From a virus: 64,000 bases of DNA. The notes under the pieces are model-generated. The model had not been told where the DNA came from and ran no database searches. It worked only from the letters and a program-made list of their open reading frames with translations. Numbering within the stretch: position 1 is the first letter of the stretch; every line of letters starts with the position of its first letter. The translations under genes were made by a program, and so were the position numbers. The stretch is from positions 1 to 64,000 of IMG/VR virus record IMGVR_UViG_3300020042_011666; one strand, written 5' to 3'. Positions 19,961 through 28,778 of this stretch are shown piece after piece.

Positions 19961-20272
19961 TTAAAAAGGTACTGATGTAAAATCGTCTTCGATGATAGCT
20001 AAGATTTGATTCTCTGGACCGATGTAGTAAGCTTCTCCTTTGAATTCGAACCTAGTAAAGCCCATCGTTGGTAGAACGGCAATATCACCGAACTTGGCTG
20101 TAGTCTTTACGAAACCAACTCCTGGGATTGTTATTCCGTCTCCGACAGATATTACCTGGCCGATCTTATTCTTTTCATTTCCTAGATCTGGAACGATAAT
20201 GTTCCCGTGTAACTCTTCCTCCAACTCGTAAGGCTTAAGGATAACTGCGTTATAAATTGCTTTTAATTTCAT
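19961..20272 (-). CDS. groES: Co-chaperonin GroES
   Basis: GNIIVPD...GQVISVGDG...ILAII; adjacent to groEL. Confidence 0.9.
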   Translation of the reverse strand: MKLKAIYNAVILKPYELEEELHGNIIVPDLGNEKNKIGQVISVGDGITIPGVGFVKTTAKFGDIAVLPTMGFTRFEFKGEAYYIGPENQILAIIEDDFTSVPF

Positions 20273-20556
20273 TTTATTGTTATTTGTTTTAGTTCTTGTA
20301 AACGTGTTTTATGACCGGAGATAAATTCCTGCAGGGAATCATAATCTTTATTCTTAATTGAATCTTCTGCAATTACATCTAAACATCTTTCTAGATCAGA
20401 ATAGTAACCAATCGTTTGATCTCTCTCTCTTCCGGAAGTTCCAGCAATAATTTTCTTAATAGCTGTGTAACAATACTGATCGTATTGAATGTAATAAGGT
20501 TCTAATGACGGATCGGTAATCGTGTAAATACTCGAGTTTTTCTCTTTTTTATCCAT
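20269..20556 (-). CDS. Hypothetical protein
   Basis: Full ORF with its own promoter motifs. Confidence 0.6.
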   Translation of the reverse strand: MDKKEKNSSIYTITDPSLEPYYIQYDQYCYTAIKKIIAGTSGRERDQTIGYYSDLERCLDVIAEDSIKNKDYDSLQEFISGHKTRLQELKQITIK

Positions 20557-20568
20557 AACTTTACTTTT

Positions 20569-20596
20569 AATATACGAACTTTTATTTAAATTGCAA
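20569..20596 (-). promoter_or_regulatory. Bacteroidota-type promoter TTG-N19-TATATT
   Basis: TTGcaatttaaataaaagttcgTATATT, upstream of the 95-aa/groES/groEL genes. Confidence 0.65.
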
Positions 20597-20613
20597 CTTG
20601 TTTATTATAAATA

Positions 20614-20946
20614 TTAGATACCGAAGCTTTCACCGCAGCCGCAAGTCCTGCTTGCGTTTGGGTTAGTGAATAGGAATCCTTTGCCGTTTAGACCTTCTGT
20701 AAAGTCTAATTCGGTTCCTAATAAATACAGTAGAGATCTTTTATCAATAACTAATTTTAAACCCTGGTCTTCAGATATTTCATCAAAAGGAACTATCGTA
20801 TCATCAAAGTCTAAATCATAAGTTAAACCAGAACAACCTCCACCTTTCACCGATACTCTTAAAAAATGATCTTCGGTGCATTTTTCCTCCACCATCAGTT
20901 TGTCTAATTGGGATTTGGCTTTCGTGGTCAAAGTAAATATTTTCAT
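20614..20946 (-). CDS. iscA: Fe-S cluster carrier, IscA/HesB family
   Basis: GGGCSG, FTNPNA, CGCGESF. Confidence 0.95.
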   Translation of the reverse strand: MKIFTLTTKAKSQLDKLMVEEKCTEDHFLRVSVKGGGCSGLTYDLDFDDTIVPFDEISEDQGLKLVIDKRSLLYLLGTELDFTEGLNGKGFLFTNPNASRTCGCGESFGI

Positions 20947-21103
20947 TTCCTATGGTATGTTTTGGTTTGTATGGGCAATTTAAGCATTTATTTCCGCAAC
21001 ACCTACCTAATTTAAGTAAGGTTTCTGCTGATAATGGGAGTGGTTTTCGTTTTAAGCTGTACCAATCATCATCATCTAATCGTTCAAGTGTTGTTTTATC
21101 CAT
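20816..21103 (-). CDS. Cys-rich small protein (DUF5522-like)
   Basis: LLKLGRCCGNKCLNCPY; start moved to MDKTT; tail overlaps iscA. Confidence 0.65.
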   Translation of the reverse strand: MDKTTLERLDDDDWYSLKRKPLPLSAETLLKLGRCCGNKCLNCPYKPKHTIGNENIYFDHESQIPIRQTDGGGKMHRRSFFKSIGERWRLFWFNL

Positions 21104-21479
21104 TGAGATTTTTATCCTGGTAATCTTTAATAGCGGATTTAATAGCATCTTCAGCTAATACTGAACAATGTATTTTAACTGGTGGTAATGTTAATTCCTC
21201 AACTATTTCCATATTATCAATAGTTAATGCTTGTTCTAATGATTTACCTTTTAACCATTCAGTTGCTAAACTACTTGAGGCAATAGCGGAACCACAACCA
21301 AACGTTTTAAATTTAGCATCTTTAATAATACCATCCTCAACCATAATCTGTAAACGCATCACGTCTCCACATTCCGGAGCACCAACCATTCCCGTTCCGA
21401 CACGTAGATCTGATTTATCTAAGGTTCCCATATTTCTTGGGTTGGTGTAATGATCGATTACTTTATCTGAGTATGCCAT
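21096..21479 (-). CDS. iscU: Fe-S cluster scaffold IscU
   Basis: APECGD, FKTFGCGSAIAS, LPPVKIHCS. Confidence 0.96.
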   Translation of the reverse strand: MAYSDKVIDHYTNPRNMGTLDKSDLRVGTGMVGAPECGDVMRLQIMVEDGIIKDAKFKTFGCGSAIASSSLATEWLKGKSLEQALTIDNMEIVEELTLPPVKIHCSVLAEDAIKSAIKDYQDKNLNG

Positions 21480-21484
21480 TTGTT

Positions 21485-21491
21485 ATAAATA
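21485..21491 (-). promoter_or_regulatory. TATTTAT motif (putative late promoter)
   Basis: 5 nt upstream of the iscU ATG; recurrent motif. Confidence 0.45.
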
Positions 21492-21495
21492 TTGC

Positions 21496-23832
21496 TTAGT
21501 GACCATCCCTAAAATTCTTTGCTATTTCCGGTGGTGCCTTTAAGGTTACTCCTGGTAGCTGGGTAGTGTTTTCCATAATATGCTTAACTACTTCAGCTGC
21601 TTCATGAACTAAGTCTTCTCTAATCTTAATGATCAATTGGTCATGAATCTGGGCAATAACGATACCGTCCCATTCTCTTCTCTTAAACTCCCTATTAATG
21701 GCTAAAGCTGCTCGATTAACCACTGATGCTGCTAAAGATTGAATTTGAAAGTTTAAGCAGTTATTCAAAGCATTCTTATAATCTCCATAGAGTCTCTTTA
21801 CATTATCTCCTCCAATCTCTTTAGTAAGGTCATTCCTAAACTTCCAATCCATAATCCTTTCTCCAAAAGAATCATAAACCGCTTTACCTCTATCAAGGTG
21901 TCGGATTCGACCTACTTGGTTTTTAATAAAGCCATCTCTTTTAAACAATGCTCTTGAGTTGTCAATCCATTGAGCAACTCCCGGGAACCCTTTCATATAA
22001 CCTTCGTGAAGCCTCTTTCCTTCTTCTTGAGGTACTCCTAAGGACATTGCAAGTGCGTAAGGAGACATTCCGTAAGCAACTCCTAACGAATAACCCTTTG
22101 CTTGATTTCGTTTAGGTGCATCAAGCTTCTTAAGGAAGTTAGGAGCCTTTTTATCAGCTGATACTCCGTCAGGGTACTTATCTCTTTGTTCGTCAAGCTT
22201 TTCGGTTCGGATAGCAACCGTTGAATAGAAATCATGACCTTGACTAAAAATCTCTTGCATGGCTTCGTCGTTAGATATAGAAGCAAAGATATGAGGTTCT
22301 AAAGATTCAAAGTCATTATCAATTAATAAGTAACCAGGGTCTGTTGTAAAGAATGCTCTGATCTCGTTATTGTACTTAACAATGATTGGATCTGCTTCTC
22401 CATCTTCTTTAGGCTTAGGTAACTGCTGGAGGTCAGATCCGTATCTGCCTGACACAGTTCCGTTCTGTTTAAAGTAAGGAAAGAAACGTCCATCCTCTGC
22501 TTGATCGTAAAATCGATCCACGTAAGTCGATTTGATCTTAAGAAGCTTATTATAGATGCGCAAGTTCCTACACCACTCATACTTGTCTGATAAAGCTTGA
22601 ATCATATCATCATCGAATTGAGCTTGACCCTTAGTTGTTTTAGATAACGGCTTCTCTTTCAAGTAGTTAAAAGCGATATCACCTAACTGCTTCTTTGATT
22701 GAATATTTAACCACTCCCCGTCGTTAAAGTCTTTCCAAAGCTTCATAGAAACTTTAGTAACAACTTCTTCAGTTAAGCAATCTAAATCTCCAGAAAGCAA
22801 ATAATCTTTTACCGGACTATCCTCTAGAATAAGGATGTTAGCTTGCTTTAAAGAATAGTTTCTCGAGTTTTTAGGTATAGGGAGCTTATACATATCAACC
22901 AACGTACAAGCCCAAGTTCCTTTATGACCTGGAGGGAATTCAGTTAATGCTGAATCGATAATCCATTCTTTAACTTTTTGTAGCTTTAGTAGCTCTTCAA
23001 TTACTGCCCGGCGGTACTTCTCCTGGTCGGTTAAGATAGCATCTCTAGTTCGTTCTATTAGAGGTATATCAAGGGCTATCCCTTCGATCTCCATTGGTAT
23101 AGTAACCTCTCTATAAAGAGGCATTACTTCGTCTTCAAAGAAGAACTTAGTTAGTCCTTCATGCTCAAGAACCGGTAGGAAGTGATTGCAGATACGCAAA
23201 GTAAGGTCCGTATCCGCAGCAGCATACTCACTCAGTAAGTTAATATCTGCTTTATAAATCTCGAAGTTATCCTTAGTAACTGATCCTCCATTCTCTTTAA
23301 TTGAGTTCTTAAGATTGATCTGCTCTTGGTTAGCAGCCTCTTCAATATTTAAACCAATCTTATCTTGAATCATAATAGCGATTGATTTTAGTCCGAAAGG
23401 ACTTGCTCCATATCCAAATGCTCCTTCTTCTTTTACTGTATGAACTAGTAAAGCAGTATCGACCCAAAGAGAAGGTAGCAAGTTGACTTTGTAGAAGTTA
23501 TCTGTATAACGGCAGTCAAAAGAAGCATTATGCATAACAAGCTTCTTTCCAACTAACATTGAAATGATCTTCTTTGCTATTCGATGACAGCCAATGCTCT
23601 CAATCTGACACTCGTCAAGAGTTTGAGTTTCGTTATTCCAAAACATAGTCGGCATATAAAAGCCCATTCCTTCTTCACCCGAAACAGAAAAACCAATAAT
23701 CCTTCCTTTGCGAGTATTTAAAGAGTCTGTTTCTGTATCATAAGCAAGAATCTCTTTCTCGTTAATATGCTGGATAAGGAGATCAACTAGCTCTTTGCTA
23801 TTGACAAGGTAATACTTTTTTTCGACAACCAT
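21496..23832 (-). CDS. polA: DNA polymerase family A with 3'-5' exonuclease domain
   Basis: DTET, HNASFD, YAAAD; motif A DFESLE, motif B RNQAKGYSLGVAYGM, motif C IHDQ. Confidence 0.95.
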   Translation of the reverse strand: MVVEKKYYLVNSKELVDLLIQHINEKEILAYDTETDSLNTRKGRIIGFSVSGEEGMGFYMPTMFWNNETQTLDECQIESIGCHRIAKKIISMLVGKKLVMHNASFDCRYTDNFYKVNLLPSLWVDTALLVHTVKEEGAFGYGASPFGLKSIAIMIQDKIGLNIEEAANQEQINLKNSIKENGGSVTKDNFEIYKADINLLSEYAAADTDLTLRICNHFLPVLEHEGLTKFFFEDEVMPLYREVTIPMEIEGIALDIPLIERTRDAILTDQEKYRRAVIEELLKLQKVKEWIIDSALTEFPPGHKGTWACTLVDMYKLPIPKNSRNYSLKQANILILEDSPVKDYLLSGDLDCLTEEVVTKVSMKLWKDFNDGEWLNIQSKKQLGDIAFNYLKEKPLSKTTKGQAQFDDDMIQALSDKYEWCRNLRIYNKLLKIKSTYVDRFYDQAEDGRFFPYFKQNGTVSGRYGSDLQQLPKPKEDGEADPIIVKYNNEIRAFFTTDPGYLLIDNDFESLEPHIFASISNDEAMQEIFSQGHDFYSTVAIRTEKLDEQRDKYPDGVSADKKAPNFLKKLDAPKRNQAKGYSLGVAYGMSPYALAMSLGVPQEEGKRLHEGYMKGFPGVAQWIDNSRALFKRDGFIKNQVGRIRHLDRGKAVYDSFGERIMDWKFRNDLTKEIGGDNVKRLYGDYKNALNNCLNFQIQSLAASVVNRAALAINREFKRREWDGIVIAQIHDQLIIKIREDLVHEAAEVVKHIMENTTQLPGVTLKAPPEIAKNFRDGH

Positions 23833-23838
23833 TACTTA

Positions 23839-23867
23839 AATATATGAAAAAAGCCCTTGGGTTGCAA
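23839..23867 (-). promoter_or_regulatory. Bacteroidota-type promoter TTG-N20-TATATT for polA
   Basis: Motif match; overlaps the terminator hairpin. Confidence 0.6.
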
Positions 23868-23872
23868 GGGCT
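23847..23872 (-). terminator. Rho-independent terminator
   Basis: 8-bp stem AGCCCTTG/CAAGGGCT, 5-nt loop, U-tract on the minus strand. Confidence 0.7.
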
Positions 23873-23895
23873 CTTAAAAGTTTATTTTTTAACTG

Positions 23896-24924
23896 TTATG
23901 CTTCTATGTTTAATTCTTTCATGGCTTGGCTTAGTGCTATCATAGGTTCTCCTGTAAGGTTTTCTATTGCTTTTTGCACTTGTATTAAATTCTGCGGCAA
24001 CTCTGACGGGTCTTCACTATTAACAAGTTCATAGATATCGTCTACCGAGATGTTGATACCGTATACCTTATAAGCTACTGAAGCTAGTTCCATATCGGCA
24101 TCCATTATACGGCCGATGTCTGTATTAATGTATTCTGGGTATGTTTGTTTGATTAGGTTTTTTATCTGTTCAACTTCCTCTTTATACCCTGAAGGGGTTC
24201 TAAAAGTGCTAGGTTCGTAAACTGTATAGTTTTCAGCTTCAGTTAACATTCTAGAGTTAGTAGTTTGCTTTTCAGCCCATGCAGCAACAATTTTTTCTGC
24301 TTCAGCAAGTACACCCTCTTCGCCGTCAATTTTAGTTATAAGGCTTTGAATATACTGGCCAGCTTCTTTCTTTGAAGCTACTCCGGATAGGAACTCGTCA
24401 GCTTGTCTATTTTCGCCTACTGCGTCAGCAAGCATCATAATCATACCCATCTGTTCAAAGCTTATGTGCCCAGCTGGTCTGTTTAAGATCTCAGCTGATT
24501 TGCTAGATGCTTCATTTATAGGGCTATCCTCTGGCATTTCTTCGATGTTATATAAATCATGGAATGACCAATCCCAATCACCGCCGCCTGCGGCTGTGCC
24601 GTCAACACCTGCAGTGTACGATTTACCTGTTGTAGGTGAATAACCTTGCATAGCTAACTCTGCACTATAGTCATCAAGACCTCCTAATACGTCTACAACT
24701 TCCCATTCAATATCGGTAGGAATATCGCTATCTTCTTTCATTGGAAGTGCTCCAGGAACTACTGAAGGTCCGTTACGAAGATCTTTTTCTTTTTCTTCTT
24801 TTTCGTATCTATTGATAGTAGCAGCATCTTTCTCCTCTTCGGGAGTCATTGCACCAGAATTTGTCTTTGGAGCTACTTCACGCATTGATCTTTTAATAAG
24901 TTCTTTTATTACTGAACGTTTCAT
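23896..24924 (-). CDS. Acidic protein, possible head-internal (protease-processed) virion protein
   Basis: MKRSVIKELIKRSMRE leader, repeated [ILM]xE sites, TATTTAT motif upstream. Confidence 0.45.
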   Translation of the reverse strand: MKRSVIKELIKRSMREVAPKTNSGAMTPEEEKDAATINRYEKEEKEKDLRNGPSVVPGALPMKEDSDIPTDIEWEVVDVLGGLDDYSAELAMQGYSPTTGKSYTAGVDGTAAGGGDWDWSFHDLYNIEEMPEDSPINEASSKSAEILNRPAGHISFEQMGMIMMLADAVGENRQADEFLSGVASKKEAGQYIQSLITKIDGEEGVLAEAEKIVAAWAEKQTTNSRMLTEAENYTVYEPSTFRTPSGYKEEVEQIKNLIKQTYPEYINTDIGRIMDADMELASVAYKVYGINISVDDIYELVNSEDPSELPQNLIQVQKAIENLTGEPMIALSQAMKELNIEA

Positions 24925-24929
24925 ATCTT

Positions 24930-24936
24930 ATAAATA
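24930..24936 (-). promoter_or_regulatory. TATTTAT motif (putative late promoter)
   Basis: 5 nt upstream of ATG 24924. Confidence 0.45.
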
Positions 24937-24938
24937 GG

Positions 24939-25448
24939 TTATTTTTTCTGTTCCCAAGCATTAGTACCGCCCTGCCACTGACCGTCATAAAGTTCGTCTA
25001 CAGGAGCATTCTCATGGAAGAACATTTGAGCTGCTCTTGCATTCTTTTCTAAGATTAAGAATACGCTAACAATCATTACCGTACCCATTTTCTCTGTTTC
25101 ATATCCTGAATCCCAAACAGGAGAAACAATCGAAGTTCCTGTCCTATATAAGGAAGATCTATGAAGAATAAAACCAGTTGCATTGTCAGGGATCTTACAT
25201 CCTTCGTTGAAGGTGATTGCGTAACTTCCTTTGTCTAGTCTCCAGCATTCCTTGCCGTCAATCTTAACGGTATCAACTTCCATGAAGTTTAGAGGATCTA
25301 CAATAGTTTTATCTTTATAAACTACTGAACCTGCTAAGATGCGTTCAACCTTACATACTGAAAGGTCAACTCCTACCTGGGTTGGTTTGGAGTACTTTGA
25401 AGGAATTACAATCCCTCTCTCTAATATTTCTTTGCTTGTTAGTAACAT
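24939..25448 (-). CDS. Trimeric dUTPase / dCTP deaminase family protein
   Basis: GVDL, HRSSLYR, VWDSGY, AQM, YDGQWQ. Confidence 0.85.
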   Translation of the reverse strand: MLLTSKEILERGIVIPSKYSKPTQVGVDLSVCKVERILAGSVVYKDKTIVDPLNFMEVDTVKIDGKECWRLDKGSYAITFNEGCKIPDNATGFILHRSSLYRTGTSIVSPVWDSGYETEKMGTVMIVSVFLILEKNARAAQMFFHENAPVDELYDGQWQGGTNAWEQKK

Positions 25449-25449
25449 A

Positions 25450-25959
25450 CTATTCTTCGATTATTTGTCCGGTGATGAAAGGCTGGTTTCGTTTAGTTCC
25501 GTTGGTTGCATCAAGACCGTACCCTGTCAGCCAAACTTCATTGTGTAATTCAAATCCGTAAATAAGATTATCCATGTAAGAATAACTTCTTTTAAATAAG
25601 GTAACCGGAGTAATTGATCTAGCTCCTTTAGTTTGAAGATGGGCTATCAAGCGTTTCATAGTGTTACCCGAATCGTAGATATCATCAACTATAAAGACGT
25701 TCTTGTCTGTTAAGTCAATTGAGACATCCTTTAGAATATCTACCCGGTCTTGAACTTGACCTAGGTATGATTTTGCTTGCATGAAGTCGATTTCGCAATC
25801 AACCTCCATGTTACGAACTAGGTCTGCAAAGAACATAAATGCACCGTTTAGAACTCCGATCATAACCCTTGATGAATTCTCAGGATTGTTTTTGTAGCTT
25901 ACCTCAAGGGCAAGACTTTTTACTCTTGTTTGAATTTCCTTTTCTGTGAATAGAACCAT
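25450..25959 (-). CDS. hpt: Hypoxanthine/guanine phosphoribosyltransferase-like
   Basis: GVLNGAFMFFADLVR, KSY, IVDDIYDSGNT PRPP-binding loop, GYGLD. Confidence 0.85.
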   Translation of the reverse strand: MVLFTEKEIQTRVKSLALEVSYKNNPENSSRVMIGVLNGAFMFFADLVRNMEVDCEIDFMQAKSYLGQVQDRVDILKDVSIDLTDKNVFIVDDIYDSGNTMKRLIAHLQTKGARSITPVTLFKRSYSYMDNLIYGFELHNEVWLTGYGLDATNGTKRNQPFITGQIIEE

Positions 25960-25964
25960 ATAAC

Positions 25965-26540
25965 TTATTTAATTTTGTACTGCGTATAACTACTTAATGT
26001 TGGAACTGTATTGGAAAAATAATAAACTTCTGTCGTATTTGCAACTTTAATTGTCTTAAAAAATCCGTCTGGTATTGTTGCACCGGTTGGTAGCTTCTGA
26101 GATCTTGGAGAGTAAACCATTCTGATCTCAACAATTACTTTGCCTTGTTTGGCTAATTCTCTTTCTCTAACCTCTAACATTCTCCAGACTCCTCTGTTAA
26201 GTCTTTCATGCTGTAGTACGCAGTTCACATAGGAGAAAGTCTTAAGGAGCATTTCTCTTGTGCAGTTAAAATCGGCAGCGGGAGCACAATGACCCTTATC
26301 CCAAACGTTAGCAACGTAGTCGTTAGCATCAGAAGTTACTACACCAGGAACGGTATAAAAATCCATACCTGTTCTAGCAGCGGTGCCGGAAGGGCATTGA
26401 ACTGTGTACCATACTCGTTTAGGTTGCTGTAGAACCTCTGAATAAACTGCTTCATAAATGTCTGTTTTAACATAGACTGAATCTCTTAACTGCGCTAATA
26501 ATGATAGCGGAAGTAAAAATAAAACTATAATGAATCTCAT
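25965..26540 (-). CDS. Secreted DNA/RNA non-specific (NucA-type) endonuclease
   Basis: Signal peptide ending LLA-Q; DKGHCAPAAD, QHERLNRGVW, IPDGFFK. Confidence 0.9.
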   Translation of the reverse strand: MRFIIVLFLLPLSLLAQLRDSVYVKTDIYEAVYSEVLQQPKRVWYTVQCPSGTAARTGMDFYTVPGVVTSDANDYVANVWDKGHCAPAADFNCTREMLLKTFSYVNCVLQHERLNRGVWRMLEVRERELAKQGKVIVEIRMVYSPRSQKLPTGATIPDGFFKTIKVANTTEVYYFSNTVPTLSSYTQYKIK

Positions 26541-26544
26541 ATTG

Positions 26545-26551
26545 ATAAATA
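26545..26551 (-). promoter_or_regulatory. TATTTAT motif (putative late promoter)
   Basis: 4 nt upstream of ATG 26540. Confidence 0.45.
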
Positions 26552-26555
26552 TGGA

Positions 26556-26852
26556 TCATTTAGTTCTCAGTTTTTCTAAATACTCCCAGAGTGATTCGTG
26601 ACTGTAACAGATTGGATTTTTATTTTTATCCCAGGCCCCTACTTCTTTTTTACCAAAGTCTCTTTCATAACAGTACCAAGAAAACCAGTCGTAACCTTCT
26701 TCCCCGTAGATTTCTTTTAGTAGTTCACCGATAATAACACCGTAAGGATCAGTCCAATCTATCAAATCTACTTTCAAGTCGTAGAGAGCTGATACTGCTT
26801 TGTCTTGCTTTTCTATACCAGTAATTACTTTAAGAAAGTTTTCGTATGTCAT
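26556..26852 (-). CDS. Hypothetical phage protein
   Basis: DWFSWYCYERDFG; weakly similar to 51339..51734. Confidence 0.55.
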   Translation of the reverse strand: MTYENFLKVITGIEKQDKAVSALYDLKVDLIDWTDPYGVIIGELLKEIYGEEGYDWFSWYCYERDFGKKEVGAWDKNKNPICYSHESLWEYLEKLRTK

Positions 26853-26854
26853 AA

Positions 26855-27097
26855 TTAGTTACTAGTAAGTCTATTAATTTGTTTTAATTCATCTCTAATA
26901 ATGGCAGCTTTCTCGTAATCTTCTACTTCAGGTAAGATTGCATACTCCATCATATCGTGGAGTAATGCTTTAAAGTCTCCTTTGTGCTTTGAATCTAAAT
27001 GATTCTGTAGCCAGATTTTTTGTTCAAATGGAATGTTTGAATTGTAAATTTCCGGATGCATTTTATCCTTGTATAGAAGTCGAGTGCTGTAGTCCAT
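26855..27097 (-). CDS. UVR (UvrB/C motif) domain protein
   Basis: C-terminal EDYEKAAIIRDEL. Confidence 0.65.
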   Translation of the reverse strand: MDYSTRLLYKDKMHPEIYNSNIPFEQKIWLQNHLDSKHKGDFKALLHDMMEYAILPEVEDYEKAAIIRDELKQINRLTSN

Positions 27098-27888
27098 TAA
27101 ACTGCGCGCTTAGTATCCCAGCTTATTATGTGATCCCTACCAGTCCAATTGTAGCCCATGTGAAATGCTTTTTCTAATGAGATTGGATACTGCTTGATTA
27201 ATTCCTCTCTGTTATCACCGGCTGGCATTAACCAAGTTTTATTCTTAGGAATGTTATGCTTTATTCTGAATTCCTCAATCTCTTGAATAGTCTCTTCAGT
27301 ACCGTCATACACTGGTTTGTAATGGTAGTCTGCATGGTATGCAAGGGTCTGTGCAATTGCATCATCATTTAAACGTAGCTTATTATGCTGATCGATCATC
27401 TTCTGGTCTACCAACTTACCCATTGGAGTAGTAACATCAAGCTTAGGCACACTATTACTAAACTTAGGTGATAGGGAAATAAGACCAATTGGATAATCCG
27501 TCTCGACATAATGTGAACCTTCTGTTTCAATAGTTATAAATATTCCTCTTTGATTAGCAAAATGCGTTAATTCATTACATAGATCCGGCTGCATGGTAGG
27601 TGAACCTCCAGTCAACATCATTTCAGTAATGGTTGGATTCTCATCATAAATCTTAACGATGTCGTTAAATGTGTAAGTTCCTTTACCTGGGTGAATACTA
27701 GTATACCAAGAATCACACCATCCACCTTCTCCAAACCAGCATCTATGAGTACAGCCTGTTGTTCTAACTGCTACTGTTGGTCTTCCTTGTCTTGAACCTT
27801 CTGATTGAATACAGGTATAAAGTTCAAGGATAGGTAATTTTTTATCGTAATCGGTAATCCTACCTGGTTTTTTAATTTCAGCTGTCAT
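27097..27888 (-). CDS. queE: 7-carboxy-7-deazaguanine synthase (radical SAM)
   Basis: IQSEG, RTTGCTHRC...WCDS, TGGSP, IETEG, SPK. Confidence 0.9.
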   Translation of the reverse strand: MTAEIKKPGRITDYDKKLPILELYTCIQSEGSRQGRPTVAVRTTGCTHRCWFGEGGWCDSWYTSIHPGKGTYTFNDIVKIYDENPTITEMMLTGGSPTMQPDLCNELTHFANQRGIFITIETEGSHYVETDYPIGLISLSPKFSNSVPKLDVTTPMGKLVDQKMIDQHNKLRLNDDAIAQTLAYHADYHYKPVYDGTEETIQEIEEFRIKHNIPKNKTWLMPAGDNREELIKQYPISLEKAFHMGYNWTGRDHIISWDTKRAV

Positions 27889-27890
27889 AA

Positions 27891-28355
27891 TTATCCTTTG
27901 TAGATTGCTGTATTGCGGCCATGCTCTAAGAATTCAACTCGGTGGATCCTTACTCGACCTTCTGTCTCTTCATTAATAAATTCCTGAAGCTTATTAAAGA
28001 TGTACTCGGCAAATTTCTCTGCTCCTACTGCGGGTAGGATTCTTACTTGAGCTGCTCCTGCTTGACCCATTAACTTAAATGATTCGATAAACGGATCATC
28101 TTCGGCAATAATCATAGTATGATCGAACATATAGTCCATCCATGCTTTTGGATTCATTCCGTCGATAGTTCCTTTAGCTCTCTTCATTCCTCCGAAATCC
28201 CATACCCAGTTCTTTTCATCTAACTCTCCTTCGAACCAAACTTTAAAAGATACTCCGTATCCGTGAACGTACTTACAGTGAGTTCCGTCTGCTTTCCATT
28301 GACGGAATACGCAGCTAAAGCCATCAAATACTTTTGTTGATTGATATTTTCCCAT
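27891..28355 (-). CDS. queD: 6-carboxytetrahydropterin synthase
   Basis: C..HGY, DFGG, FDH, AE, EH..NTA; between queC and queE. Confidence 0.88.
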   Translation of the reverse strand: MGKYQSTKVFDGFSCVFRQWKADGTHCKYVHGYGVSFKVWFEGELDEKNWVWDFGGMKRAKGTIDGMNPKAWMDYMFDHTMIIAEDDPFIESFKLMGQAGAAQVRILPAVGAEKFAEYIFNKLQEFINEETEGRVRIHRVEFLEHGRNTAIYKG

Positions 28356-28360
28356 AACTT

Positions 28361-28389
28361 AATATACGAACTTAATTCTGATTAAACAA
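28361..28389 (-). promoter_or_regulatory. Bacteroidota-type promoter TTG-N20-TATATT for queD
   Basis: Motif match. Confidence 0.65.
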
Positions 28390-28626
28390 CTGTCTTACTT
28401 GACTCTCTGATAGCATTCCTACAGAACGTCCAGTTTCGTTTCCAGAACGATCAACTATAATTACTGTAGGGACTGAGCGTACGTTATAGGCTGCTGCTAC
28501 TGCTGGAGTATTATCAACATTAACTTTTTCAACCAGAATACCTGTCTGTGATATTCTGTCCATTATTGGTCCGAACTGCTTGCAAGGACCGCACCAAGGT
28601 GCACTAAAATATAAAATTTTCTTCAT
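28372..28626 (-). CDS. Thioredoxin
   Basis: WCGPC active site, VRSVPT. Confidence 0.92.
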   Translation of the reverse strand: MKKILYFSAPWCGPCKQFGPIMDRISQTGILVEKVNVDNTPAVAAAYNVRSVPTVIIVDRSGNETGRSVGMLSESQVRQLFNQN

Positions 28627-28778
28627 ACTAATTCTTCTATAATACCTATTAATTCTGATAAGATTAAAATAAATGCTCCAAGGCTGATGCTCCAGAATAG
28701 AGCAACGTACCCAGAGATTCTAACAGCTGATTTTAAAAAGCTTACCAGCTGGTGTAGTTTAGGATCAGGCTGATTCAT
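28623..28778 (-). CDS. Small membrane protein (not in ORF track)
   Basis: MNQPDPKLHQLVSFLKSAVRISGYVALFWSISLGAFILILSELIGIIEELV; fills the gap, stop overlaps the thioredoxin start. Confidence 0.55.
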   Translation of the reverse strand: MNQPDPKLHQLVSFLKSAVRISGYVALFWSISLGAFILILSELIGIIEELV

